Shown: positions 9,509 through 17,951 of the stretch, one piece after another
Layout of the letters: each line of letters opens with the position of its first letter
Numbering within the stretch: position 1 is the first letter of the stretch
NCBI GenBank assembly: GCA_019058015.1
Contig: JAHLWH010000076.1
Location: 1 to 22,707 of the forward strand
Direction of reading: 5' to 3'
Origin: Promethearchaeota archaeon
GTDB taxonomy: Archaea > Asgardarchaeota > Lokiarchaeia > Sigyniarchaeales > SOKP01
Length of the DNA stretch: 22,707 nt
Translations under genes and position numbers: made by a program
Notes under the pieces: generated by a model
Databases searched by the model: none
What the model saw: the letters and a program-made list of their open reading frames with translations, nothing else
What the model was told of the DNA's origin: nothing

Positions 9509-9715
9509 ATGCCATTTGTTCAAGTAAATGTATGGAAAGGGATTTCGGAAGAAAAAATTAAAGAAATTATAGCAGGAATAACTAAAGTTTTTGTGGATAT
9601 GGGCATTCCTACCCGTGCTGTAGAGGTTATCGTATATGAAATTCCAAAAACACACTGGGGTATAGCAGGAAAACCAGCTACAGAATCCCGTCCAGGTGGA
9701 AAGCCACCTCAATAA
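9509..9715 (+). CDS. 4-oxalocrotonate tautomerase family protein (DmpI-like)
   Basis: Catalytic Pro-1 (MPF), 68 aa, V.V.v.EIP..HWGIAG; AGGTGA Shine-Dalgarno motif. Confidence 0.92.
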   Translation: MPFVQVNVWKGISEEKIKEIIAGITKVFVDMGIPTRAVEVIVYEIPKTHWGIAGKPATESRPGGKPPQ

Positions 9716-9739
9716 TTTTAGATAATTAAATGAACGAAA

Positions 9740-10531
9740 ATGAAAAAGATAGAGATTATAATAATTGGAAACGAAATTTTAATAGGTAAAACGCGAGATA
9801 CAAATTCATCGTGGTTAGCCAGATGCATAACTAAATTTGGGCATATAGTTACTATGATTACCACAATTCCAGACGATGTAGATATAATAGCTACAACCCT
9901 TAAGGAATCTTTAAGCCGTTCGCCTGATGTTATAATTACTTCAGGAGGTTTAGGTCCTACTTGGGAGGATTTAACATTAAAAGGTATCGCAAAAGGGTTA
10001 AATAGAGAACTGAAACTTGATAAAATGGCATATGGTATGCTTAAGAGAAGGTATGATAATATTTTTAAAAAAGGCATTACAAAAGTTGGAGGAATGACAG
10101 AAACTCGTGAAAAAATGGCATATTTGCCAGAAGATTCTTATCCTTTAAGTAATCCTGTTGGAGCCGCTCCAGGAGTAGAAATTAAGGAAGGAAAATCGAT
10201 AATTATTTGCTTGCCGGGAGTACCAGCTGAATTAAAGGGCATTGTTAAATTGCATGTAATTCCTATTTTAAAAAAAGATGCAGGAACATTTATGGAAAAA
10301 ACCTTATTTTTTCAGGGTATAGGTGAATCAGAAGTTGCTCCTATGATTTCCGCAATTCAGAAGCAATTTCCTGAAATCTATTTAAAAAGCCACCCAAAAC
10401 TTACAGAAAAATTAGATATTGAGTTATCAATTACTGCATTCAATATTGAAAATGCTGAAGAGATTATAAATCAAGTATTAAAAATAATTAAGAAGAAAAT
10501 AATAGAATTGGATGGCAAAATAATTGCGTAA
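9740..10531 (+). CDS. cinA: CinA-like COG1058 protein (molybdopterin-binding-like domain, probable ADP-ribose/NAD/FAD pyrophosphatase), no PncC domain
   Basis: IGNEILIG..RDTN, TSGGLGPT.EDLT, NPVGAAPG, LPGVPAE, GIGESEVAP, YLKSHP. Confidence 0.9.
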   Translation: MKKIEIIIIGNEILIGKTRDTNSSWLARCITKFGHIVTMITTIPDDVDIIATTLKESLSRSPDVIITSGGLGPTWEDLTLKGIAKGLNRELKLDKMAYGMLKRRYDNIFKKGITKVGGMTETREKMAYLPEDSYPLSNPVGAAPGVEIKEGKSIIICLPGVPAELKGIVKLHVIPILKKDAGTFMEKTLFFQGIGESEVAPMISAIQKQFPEIYLKSHPKLTEKLDIELSITAFNIENAEEIINQVLKIIKKKIIELDGKIIA

Positions 10532-10533
10532 TT

Positions 10534-13497
10534 TTAAGAGAATAAGAGATCTAATCGTCGTGTTATTTTTTTTAAATTTTTTAGAGAGTCTCGAAAATAG
10601 ATATCTAGCTTTATTTCATGAGCATCCATTGCTTGGTTAAATTCATTATTATCTCGATCAATTCTTAAAATGTATTTAAATTTTTTAACAGAACCTGGTG
10701 GAAATTCTTCAATACTAAAAAAATTAGGATTTGGATTTTCCTTTAAGAATGATAAATATTTTGGGTGGGTAAACCGAATAATAACATCTTTTAACGTGTA
10801 ATTTGTTGGATTTGTGATTTTAAAATTAAAAAAAACTTTATTTCCAAGGAGTTTAATGTTTTTAAATAATAATAGGTTATTCTCATCTGATGAATAAATC
10901 TGCTTTTTTGAAGAGTAAAGCTTATTTTCAACAATTTTTCCTTGAATTTTATTATTTCTAATTAATTCGAAAATTTTACTCTTTAGAATTTTGTTATCCA
11001 TATTAAATTTAGTTGCTATAAGCTCAATTGAAATAGGATTCATAATTTCTAAAAATTTATTTAATCGCCCAATAAATAAACGATCTTGAGTTGTTCTATT
11101 AAAGTTTTTTAACTTTTTTTCTAATATACTTTTTGAATTACTCCAATTTTCTAAATAAGGTCTGAATTGACTTATCACAGGTTCTTGGTATTTAAATTGC
11201 TTATTTTCAAAGATCAAATGATTAAGTTCATAATCAACATCTTGAAAAAAAAATTTTATTCTTTCTGAAGTTAAATTTTCAATATTTATTATTTTTTCAA
11301 AATCACTACTTTTAAGGAGTGTTTGAACTTTAATATGAAGATCTTCGAACTCTGAATAAAATTCATTAATTTTCTCAATTGCTTGAGAAGTTATATTTTG
11401 AATTTGATGTTCAATAAGTTGAGAAGCTATTAAAGAATTTAGGAAAACATTTGAAAATTTACTTTTAATATTTGTTACACTAACAGGCATCTCTTGTTTA
11501 ATATCTTCCTTATCTAGATTAATAACTATATCCTTAAAAGCCAATAAATTCTCATTTATATTATATAATTCTTTTTGGACGTCTAATTTAACATCAGTCC
11601 ATTGGGTTATTAAATCATTAAATAAATCTTCAAACTCAAGATTTTCTAATATCATCTGCCCAATTTCAGATTCAAATTTGAACAATTTAGAACGAACTGC
11701 TGTGATTTGATTAAATTTTTCCTTTAAATCAGAGGAGTGAAATGAAGATAAATCCTTATGAGTTTTTAGTAGATTATTTATTTTTTTATCAAAATCCTTT
11801 ATGAGATCAAATTCAATTGATAAGATCTTAATGCGATCTTCAATATTTCTTATTTTATCATTTAATTTTAATTTATAATTATCTTTTTTCTTCTCTAATT
11901 TCTTAAACTCATATTCTTTTATTATACTTATTTCTTCAATTAGTTGAATTTTAATATCTTCCCATTCTTCCAAGATATCAACAACAAGATGTTTAACATT
12001 AAAAGATTTAATTTCATTATCAAAATCATTTAATTGCTTAAGAAAATCTTTAAAACTCTCATTTAACTCGATTTCGGCCTTGTCAAATTGGAGGTTCCTA
12101 ATATGAGAACTTATTGTTTCTCTAAACTCACTTGGATAATTAGTAAATCTTAAAAAATTATAATTAAAAAACTCAACATCCTGTTGAACTTTATCAATTT
12201 CAGTATCTAGATTTTCATAAGCATCTTTTAATTGGAGCAAATTAATTTCAATTTCTTCTTTTACTTCTACGTCTTTTTCTTTTAAAAGTTTTTTTTTTAA
12301 TTCAGAACCAATTAAAACGTAAATTTTCTCGCTTTTTAAAATTAATGCAATATCCGTTAAGAGATTAACTAAATTCTTACGTTTTCTCCACAATTTTGAC
12401 TCAAATTTATTGAATAATTTTAATATTTCATTTTCAATATCATTTTCATTCTCATCATATAAGTTGGTTAAAACCCTAGAGATTGTAGTTCTTATTTTTA
12501 GTAAAGGATTGTTTAATTCTTCAAAGAAGGAAGTAGATACACTTTCAATATTATCTTGTCCTAAGTAGAATAAAGTTTCTTCAACATTGTTTTTTAGTTC
12601 ATTATTATCAGTATTCAACTTGGCAATTAAATTGGAAAATAATTCATCAAAATGGATTTTTGCAATCTTTATAAGTGAATTTATTGTTTTAGATTGAATA
12701 ACATAACTATGATCCCCTAATAAACTAATTAATTGTGGAATTAAATCTTTAATTTCTGAGGAATATATATTACAAATTTCCCCAATAATATCAATAATAG
12801 TTTCTCTAACTCGCCAATCATTATCCTTTAATAAATTCTGAATTAATTCAAAAAACTCTTCCTTAGGTATTATAGATGAAAAACCTAAAAGTTTGAAAAT
12901 CTTTCCAGCAAATTCTCTTATTTCTTCGTTTTCCTCTCTAAAATTATTTACAACACTTTTTATAAGAGCATCGGTTTTTTTGATTTTAGAAGGATTTTCG
13001 GTTAATATCTTAACTATTCTTTTTGATGTTAATAATTTTACCCTCCATTCTACATCATTCAATTTTGTTATGAAATCTGAGCCAATTTCTGATAAATCTA
13101 AATGAGTAGAATTAATCAATGTCCCTAAAATTTTAACACTTAAGCTTCTTACAAAAGAATCCTTATCCCATAATCTTTCCTTAATAGGATCAAGCAAATC
13201 TAAAAGATCATTGGGCCGATATATACTAATCTTATAAAGAATTTCTAATGTAACTAGCCTTATCCATTCATCAGAATAATTGATAAATGGTTCAATTTCT
13301 CTTATAATTTTAGAAACCACAGAAGGATTCTTATCGCAAATTAAGTTGAGCAGTTCTAAAGATTTATATGTAGTATCTTTATCTGATTTTGTTTCTGCAT
13401 AATTAATTAAATCAATAAGATCATCAGTAGCATTTTCATATTTCTTCTGTCCTATCTTTATAGCAATTTTTCCGTACTCAACCATTTTGTATTCCAA
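10534..13497 (-). CDS. Large HEAT-repeat protein with helical repeats, a PCI-like winged helix and a C-terminal beta-sandwich
   Basis: Repeated L.D....VR HEAT motifs (DEWIR, DSFVR, EWRVK, DWRVR); ISIELIATKFNM...LIRNNKIQGKI; C-terminal FNFKITNPTNYTLKDVIIRF...IEEFPPGSVKKF. Confidence 0.8.
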   Translation of the reverse strand: MEYKMVEYGKIAIKIGQKKYENATDDLIDLINYAETKSDKDTTYKSLELLNLICDKNPSVVSKIIREIEPFINYSDEWIRLVTLEILYKISIYRPNDLLDLLDPIKERLWDKDSFVRSLSVKILGTLINSTHLDLSEIGSDFITKLNDVEWRVKLLTSKRIVKILTENPSKIKKTDALIKSVVNNFREENEEIREFAGKIFKLLGFSSIIPKEEFFELIQNLLKDNDWRVRETIIDIIGEICNIYSSEIKDLIPQLISLLGDHSYVIQSKTINSLIKIAKIHFDELFSNLIAKLNTDNNELKNNVEETLFYLGQDNIESVSTSFFEELNNPLLKIRTTISRVLTNLYDENENDIENEILKLFNKFESKLWRKRKNLVNLLTDIALILKSEKIYVLIGSELKKKLLKEKDVEVKEEIEINLLQLKDAYENLDTEIDKVQQDVEFFNYNFLRFTNYPSEFRETISSHIRNLQFDKAEIELNESFKDFLKQLNDFDNEIKSFNVKHLVVDILEEWEDIKIQLIEEISIIKEYEFKKLEKKKDNYKLKLNDKIRNIEDRIKILSIEFDLIKDFDKKINNLLKTHKDLSSFHSSDLKEKFNQITAVRSKLFKFESEIGQMILENLEFEDLFNDLITQWTDVKLDVQKELYNINENLLAFKDIVINLDKEDIKQEMPVSVTNIKSKFSNVFLNSLIASQLIEHQIQNITSQAIEKINEFYSEFEDLHIKVQTLLKSSDFEKIINIENLTSERIKFFFQDVDYELNHLIFENKQFKYQEPVISQFRPYLENWSNSKSILEKKLKNFNRTTQDRLFIGRLNKFLEIMNPISIELIATKFNMDNKILKSKIFELIRNNKIQGKIVENKLYSSKKQIYSSDENNLLLFKNIKLLGNKVFFNFKITNPTNYTLKDVIIRFTHPKYLSFLKENPNPNFFSIEEFPPGSVKKFKYILRIDRDNNEFNQAMDAHEIKLDIYFRDSLKNLKKITRRLDLLFS

Positions 13498-13813
13498 TTA
13501 TTCTTTAGTTGTAATAAGGCGACAAAAATTAATCAGTTGTTTTTCTATAAACATTACAAAAAAATATTGATTTAAATAATTATTTTAAATGGTTTTATAA
13601 CGAAATTCAATTTCAAAAAAGAATATTCTTAATCATAATCTGAAAAAAATTAATATTTACACTGAGAAGAAAATCATAAACATTTTTACTAAAAAGGAAA
13701 TTAATCATTCTTTAATTTACTTCTTCAAGATTTAAAAATAACATTAAATTCTTATAACTCAATTCGTATTTAATTTTAATATCTTAAATTATTATTATTT
13801 TTATAGACTTTAA

Positions 13814-13821
13814 TTTAATAA
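13814..13821 (+). promoter_or_regulatory. Candidate TATA box for tRNA-Pro
   Basis: TTTAATAA ending about 33 nt upstream of the mature tRNA 5' end; the AT-rich background weakens the call. Confidence 0.4.
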
Positions 13822-13853
13822 AAAGAATTAAACTACTGAAATAAGATCTCTCT

Positions 13854-13955
13854 GGGAAGGTAGTCTAGCTTGGTATGATACTATAAAGATATTCTTTTTA
13901 GCAAAAATCTAGCTTTGGGAGTTAGAGGTCGGGGGTTCGAATCCCTCCCTTCCCA
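13854..13955 (+). tRNA. tRNA-Pro(UGG) with a 28-nt non-canonical intron (best fit 13880-13907, position 25/26); CCA not encoded
   Basis: Acceptor GGGAAGG/CCTTCCC + A; anticodon arm CTAGC-TTTGGGA-GTTAG; T arm GGGGG-TTCGAAT-CCCTC; removing 28 nt gives a 74-nt cloverleaf. Confidence 0.95.
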
Positions 13956-13961
13956 TTTTTC
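13956..13961 (+). terminator. Oligo-T archaeal terminator after the tRNA
   Basis: TTTTTT immediately after the discriminator base. Confidence 0.55.
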
Positions 13962-14053
13962 ATAAATTTTTCTAAAAACTTTAGAATAAAAGCAAAAATC
14001 CTAATAGAAAGAAAGATATTCATTTATAATTATACTGTAGAATTTTTTACTCA

Positions 14054-14629
14054 ATGAAAAAAGAACTAATTATAATAAAATTAAACCCAATAATAGACAC
14101 GATTATTGAGAATCTTCAGTTAGATTTAATAAAACTATTTAACGGAATTTTTGAAGAAATACATATTATCGAGAATTCTAAAGGGATTTTAAAAAAATAT
14201 TACAATAAACATAGAAATCAACATAATGCTTCGAGAATTTTGGATGATGTGAAAGAGATTGGAATAAAAGAAGAATATTACAGGGTATTAGCTATAACAT
14301 TAGAGGATTTATATACTGAAAGGTTGAATTTTGTTTTTGGTGTCGCTTTTATGCCATCGCAATCAAAAATTCCAGAGAGTGTTTCGGCTATTATTTCCTT
14401 TAAAAGATTAAAAAAAGAATTTTATAATCTACCGAAAGATGATGTACTTTTTAGAGATAGAATAATCAAGGAGGCAGCTCATGAGTTAGGGCATACTCTA
14501 GGACTTAAACACTGTACAAATAAATGTGTTATGCGATTTTCTAACTGTATTGATGATACTGATGAAAAACCGGCAAGATTTTGTAATAATTGCCTTAATA
14601 AAATTAAGAAAAATTATGGTTTAGGTTGA
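14054..14629 (+). CDS. amzA: Archaemetzincin (M54 Zn metalloprotease)
   Basis: HELGHTLGLKHC.NKCVM.FSN...D.K...FC..C; LNFVFG. Confidence 0.95.
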   Translation: MKKELIIIKLNPIIDTIIENLQLDLIKLFNGIFEEIHIIENSKGILKKYYNKHRNQHNASRILDDVKEIGIKEEYYRVLAITLEDLYTERLNFVFGVAFMPSQSKIPESVSAIISFKRLKKEFYNLPKDDVLFRDRIIKEAAHELGHTLGLKHCTNKCVMRFSNCIDDTDEKPARFCNNCLNKIKKNYGLG

Positions 14630-14732
14630 AAGATTTAAACGTAAAATATCAAATTTTCATATAAATAACCTTCAAATTTAAAATGAACAAATCTTATATT
14701 CATATTATTAAATTTATAGTTTGAAATTTTAA

Positions 14733-15632
14733 ATGAAAGATTTAATACAATATTTAAAGCAAAGGAAATTCATTAAATCAAAGAAAGTAGAGAAAGCCTT
14801 TAGGGAGGTTCCATTTACAAATTTTGTACCTAAAGATCAAGTTGAACGATTTTTATTTGATACACCAGTGATTTTCCCCCGTTTAGGGAGAAATATCTCA
14901 GCTCCACATATGAATGCTATTCTATTAGAACTTTTAGATTTAGACTATGATGATCGGTTGTTAATTATCGGTTCAAAATTGGGATATATTGGAGCCTTAG
15001 CCAGTAAAATTATTACAGATGGATTTATTTCAATTGTTGATGCAAATTCTCTAGTTGTACAACAAACTATAAAAAATTTAGAGAGAATTGAGTTAGATAA
15101 AATGATTAAAGTCCAAAATGCACAACCCCTTGAAGGAGATATTGAGAATTCTCCTTGGGATAGGATTATAATAACTGCAAGTATAAAAGAGATTTCATTA
15201 GATTTATTAGCTCAATTAAAAGTTGGTGGGTTCATTTTCGCCCCAGTAGGTGATTTACATCAACAAGAATTATTGCAATATTTTCGACAAAATCTCAGTT
15301 TGAATAAAAAAGATTTCCTCAAAAAAGTTTGGGGTTCTGTTGTATTTGGTCCATTAGATACAAGTCTTGACACTAGTGAGGTTTTAGAAGAAGATTTGAT
15401 AGATTCAAAGGAATTTTCCTCTGAATTTCATGAAGGTTTAAGAACTACAGAGGATTTAACTTTTTTTTGTCCAAATTGTCAATTTAAATTTATTCAATTG
15501 CCTCTTTCTTTAAAATCCACCGAAAAAAAGATAAGTGTGAATTATAAGATTGAATGTCCTAACTGTAGGAAAAAATTTAATTTACGTGCTAAGTTGAATA
15601 AAAATGGAGATTTAGAAATAAATATAGAATAG
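14733..15632 (+). CDS. pcm: Protein-L-isoaspartate O-methyltransferase-like protein with a C-terminal zinc ribbon
   Basis: V..AF..VP...FVP, ISAPHM, PWDRIIITA, QLKVGG...APVG, V.FGPL; SAM motif I is degenerate; two CPNC motifs in the tail. Confidence 0.8.
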   Translation: MKDLIQYLKQRKFIKSKKVEKAFREVPFTNFVPKDQVERFLFDTPVIFPRLGRNISAPHMNAILLELLDLDYDDRLLIIGSKLGYIGALASKIITDGFISIVDANSLVVQQTIKNLERIELDKMIKVQNAQPLEGDIENSPWDRIIITASIKEISLDLLAQLKVGGFIFAPVGDLHQQELLQYFRQNLSLNKKDFLKKVWGSVVFGPLDTSLDTSEVLEEDLIDSKEFSSEFHEGLRTTEDLTFFCPNCQFKFIQLPLSLKSTEKKISVNYKIECPNCRKKFNLRAKLNKNGDLEINIE

Positions 15633-15671
15633 ATAATCTCTCCTGCGAATCTCTTATCCCGGCGATACTTC

Positions 15672-16679
15672 TTAGCGTAATGAAACTTGATATAATTCCT
15701 TTCCTAATTGGATTATTTCTTTTGAGTTTTGAACTAACGCAATAAGTTTTCCAGGTATACTTTTAAACCCAAAATATGAACCTGCAATGGACCCGCCAAT
15801 AGCACCACATGTATCTGTATCTCCTCCGACGGTTGGTAAAATATAAATACATTTCTTAAAAGAATCAAGATTTTTTAAAAAGATAAAAAGAGCACAAACA
15901 ACTGTGGAGATAGTATAAGGATGAACAAAGCATTTATTTTCTAAACTTTTAATGTAGAAGGGAGGTTTCACGCCAATTTGAGCATATTTTTTTAGTCCAT
16001 CGATTAAATCCATATCTAAATTATTCTGTAAGTCATTTAAAATTTCAATAAATTTTTCCCAAATCCTATCTTTTCTATCAGAGATTACATTAATTATAGT
16101 TTGAAAAAACTCATTAATTGAAAATCCTTTATTGGGATCTTTATATAGAAGAAAAGCGATGCTTGAAGCCACAACTCTTGCTCCAGCTTCTGCAACAGGA
16201 TGAGAATGAGTAATATTACTATTTAAACTTGCTGCTTTCTTTAACTGCTCAATATTATTAGAATAAAATAAACCAATAGGAGATATCCTCATCGCTGTTC
16301 CATTCCCACCAGAGTTTGAAGCTGCATTTTTCCAGGGAATTCCTTCAGCTAACTTTCGAATACTTGATAAGCATCCAAAACCTGCGCCAATGGGAGGATC
16401 ATTTAACCATTTAATAAATTCATCTATTAAGATTTCTTCCTCAATGCCACCAGCTCTTATTATTGCTTTTGCGGTGTGTATTGTGAGCTGGGTATCATCG
16501 CTATAAGTTCTGAAAATGTTGTGATTCTTATCAATAAATTCATCAAAATCATCAAAATACCTAATAATTTGTTCTCTTATTTTTCCTTCAAAAGGAACAC
16601 CTAAAGTATCTCCTATTGCTGTTCCTAAAAGAGTTCCAATAAACTTGTCTTCAAGACCTTTAAAATCCATATCAATCAA
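15672..16679 (-). CDS. ADP-ribosylglycohydrolase (ARH/DraG family)
   Basis: AIGDTLG.PFEG, YSDDTQ, GNGTAMRISP, THSHP, GGDTDTCGAIGG; the start could be the ATG at 16670. Confidence 0.95.
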   Translation of the reverse strand: MIDMDFKGLEDKFIGTLLGTAIGDTLGVPFEGKIREQIIRYFDDFDEFIDKNHNIFRTYSDDTQLTIHTAKAIIRAGGIEEEILIDEFIKWLNDPPIGAGFGCLSSIRKLAEGIPWKNAASNSGGNGTAMRISPIGLFYSNNIEQLKKAASLNSNITHSHPVAEAGARVVASSIAFLLYKDPNKGFSINEFFQTIINVISDRKDRIWEKFIEILNDLQNNLDMDLIDGLKKYAQIGVKPPFYIKSLENKCFVHPYTISTVVCALFIFLKNLDSFKKCIYILPTVGGDTDTCGAIGGSIAGSYFGFKSIPGKLIALVQNSKEIIQLGKELYQVSLR

Positions 16680-16823
16680 ATTTACAAAAATGAGTATTAC
16701 TAAAACTATTTCATGATTTAATATATCATAATAGATATTAACTAATAAAAAAAGATTTGAAAATGATTATAATCCAATTTTTTTTATACTGAGAATAAGA
16801 AAGATGAGTTAAAATAAAAAAAA

Positions 16824-17951
16824 TTAAGTAAACAGTGAACTTATTTTAATACTTTTTTCTTCCTTTTGAGTTTCTTTTGTTTTTGATATCCCTTTATTTT
16901 TTAATTTCTCCCATAGAAAATCATGCAATTGTAATTTCTCTATTGTTCTTCCCTCTTTATAGAAATCAATACCACACAGAATACTTGATAATTTTATAAT
17001 TGAATCAATTAACGGAGTTTCTAGATGGAGATATTTACCTAAAGAAGCAACGGGTACAAGCCCGTTTGGAACATCTTCAGTAAAATATCTAGTTATCAAA
17101 TGATTAGGTGCAACTATATTTTCATATGCCTTAACTTTTTTTATCGAATCAAAAATTGAATTGGCTTTTATACCATATGTTTTTTCTGCCCATTTATGAT
17201 ATCTTAAGAATTTTATCCCTAATTTCTGGAATATATAACTAATTTCCAATTCAATATTCTCGAGAACTTCACAAATACGAGGTGTTGCTCCTTCACTATA
17301 AAACAAGAATTCTTTACCTATATCCATAAAGCCCGCATTAAATAAAGAAATCGCTGGATGTAAAAGCATCCCCGTGTTATTTAAGGTTATCTCTAAGTAA
17401 TCACCTACAGGTGATAATTGAGGAAAAACATTTTTTATTGAATTATAAGGAAAATAAGTAAATATTTCTGGATAAGTAGAATAATTAACTGAATTTTTTA
17501 TTTTTAATATATTTACTTTATTTCCAGGTAATTCTCTTGATGTAAAGAGAAGAGTTTGGGTTTCACCAACAATATTGTGGGAAAAGCGCCTTTTTTTTTC
17601 TATTACTTTCATAAATTCTACAGATCCAAATGTTCTTCCTGGATTTAATAAGATAATTTGATCTTTTGATAAGTAAGGTGCCATCTTTTCAGCAATAGAC
17701 TTGTGAGCAAAAGCTGGAATTACCACCATTATAACATCCGCATCTTTTATAGCAAATTCAATATCTTGGGTAACTCTATTAATTGGAAAAAATCCTTCTA
17801 ACTCTCCTTTAGCTACTATTCCTTTCTTTTTCTTGATTTCATGTATTCTTGAAAAAGATCGATTATAAAGTGAAACTGGATATCCCTTTGATGAGATATA
17901 AGCAGCAAACGCTCGACCTCCAGAACCTGCACCTATCACGCAAAATCTCAT
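16824..17951 (-). CDS. NAD(P)-dependent opine (octopine/nopaline) dehydrogenase family protein
   Basis: VIGAGSGG Rossmann motif, LNPGRT, ETQTL, N.G.LLHP, FY.EG, RYFTEDVP.GL; ATGA overlap with the upstream gene. Confidence 0.92.
   Translation of the reverse strand: MRFCVIGAGSGGRAFAAYISSKGYPVSLYNRSFSRIHEIKKKKGIVAKGELEGFFPINRVTQDIEFAIKDADVIMVVIPAFAHKSIAEKMAPYLSKDQIILLNPGRTFGSVEFMKVIEKKRRFSHNIVGETQTLLFTSRELPGNKVNILKIKNSVNYSTYPEIFTYFPYNSIKNVFPQLSPVGDYLEITLNNTGMLLHPAISLFNAGFMDIGKEFLFYSEGATPRICEVLENIELEISYIFQKLGIKFLRYHKWAEKTYGIKANSIFDSIKKVKAYENIVAPNHLITRYFTEDVPNGLVPVASLGKYLHLETPLIDSIIKLSSILCGIDFYKEGRTIEKLQLHDFLWEKLKNKGISKTKETQKEEKSIKISSLFT

Noticed and set aside
13930-13955. tRNA 3' end as an integration (att) site
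   Set aside because: No second copy of the tRNA 3' end and no integrase in the window; flanking genes look chromosomal.
15633-15671. Relatively GC-rich spacer between convergent genes with a repeated AATCTCT
   Set aside because: Only 39 nt, with no convincing hairpin or C/D boxes.
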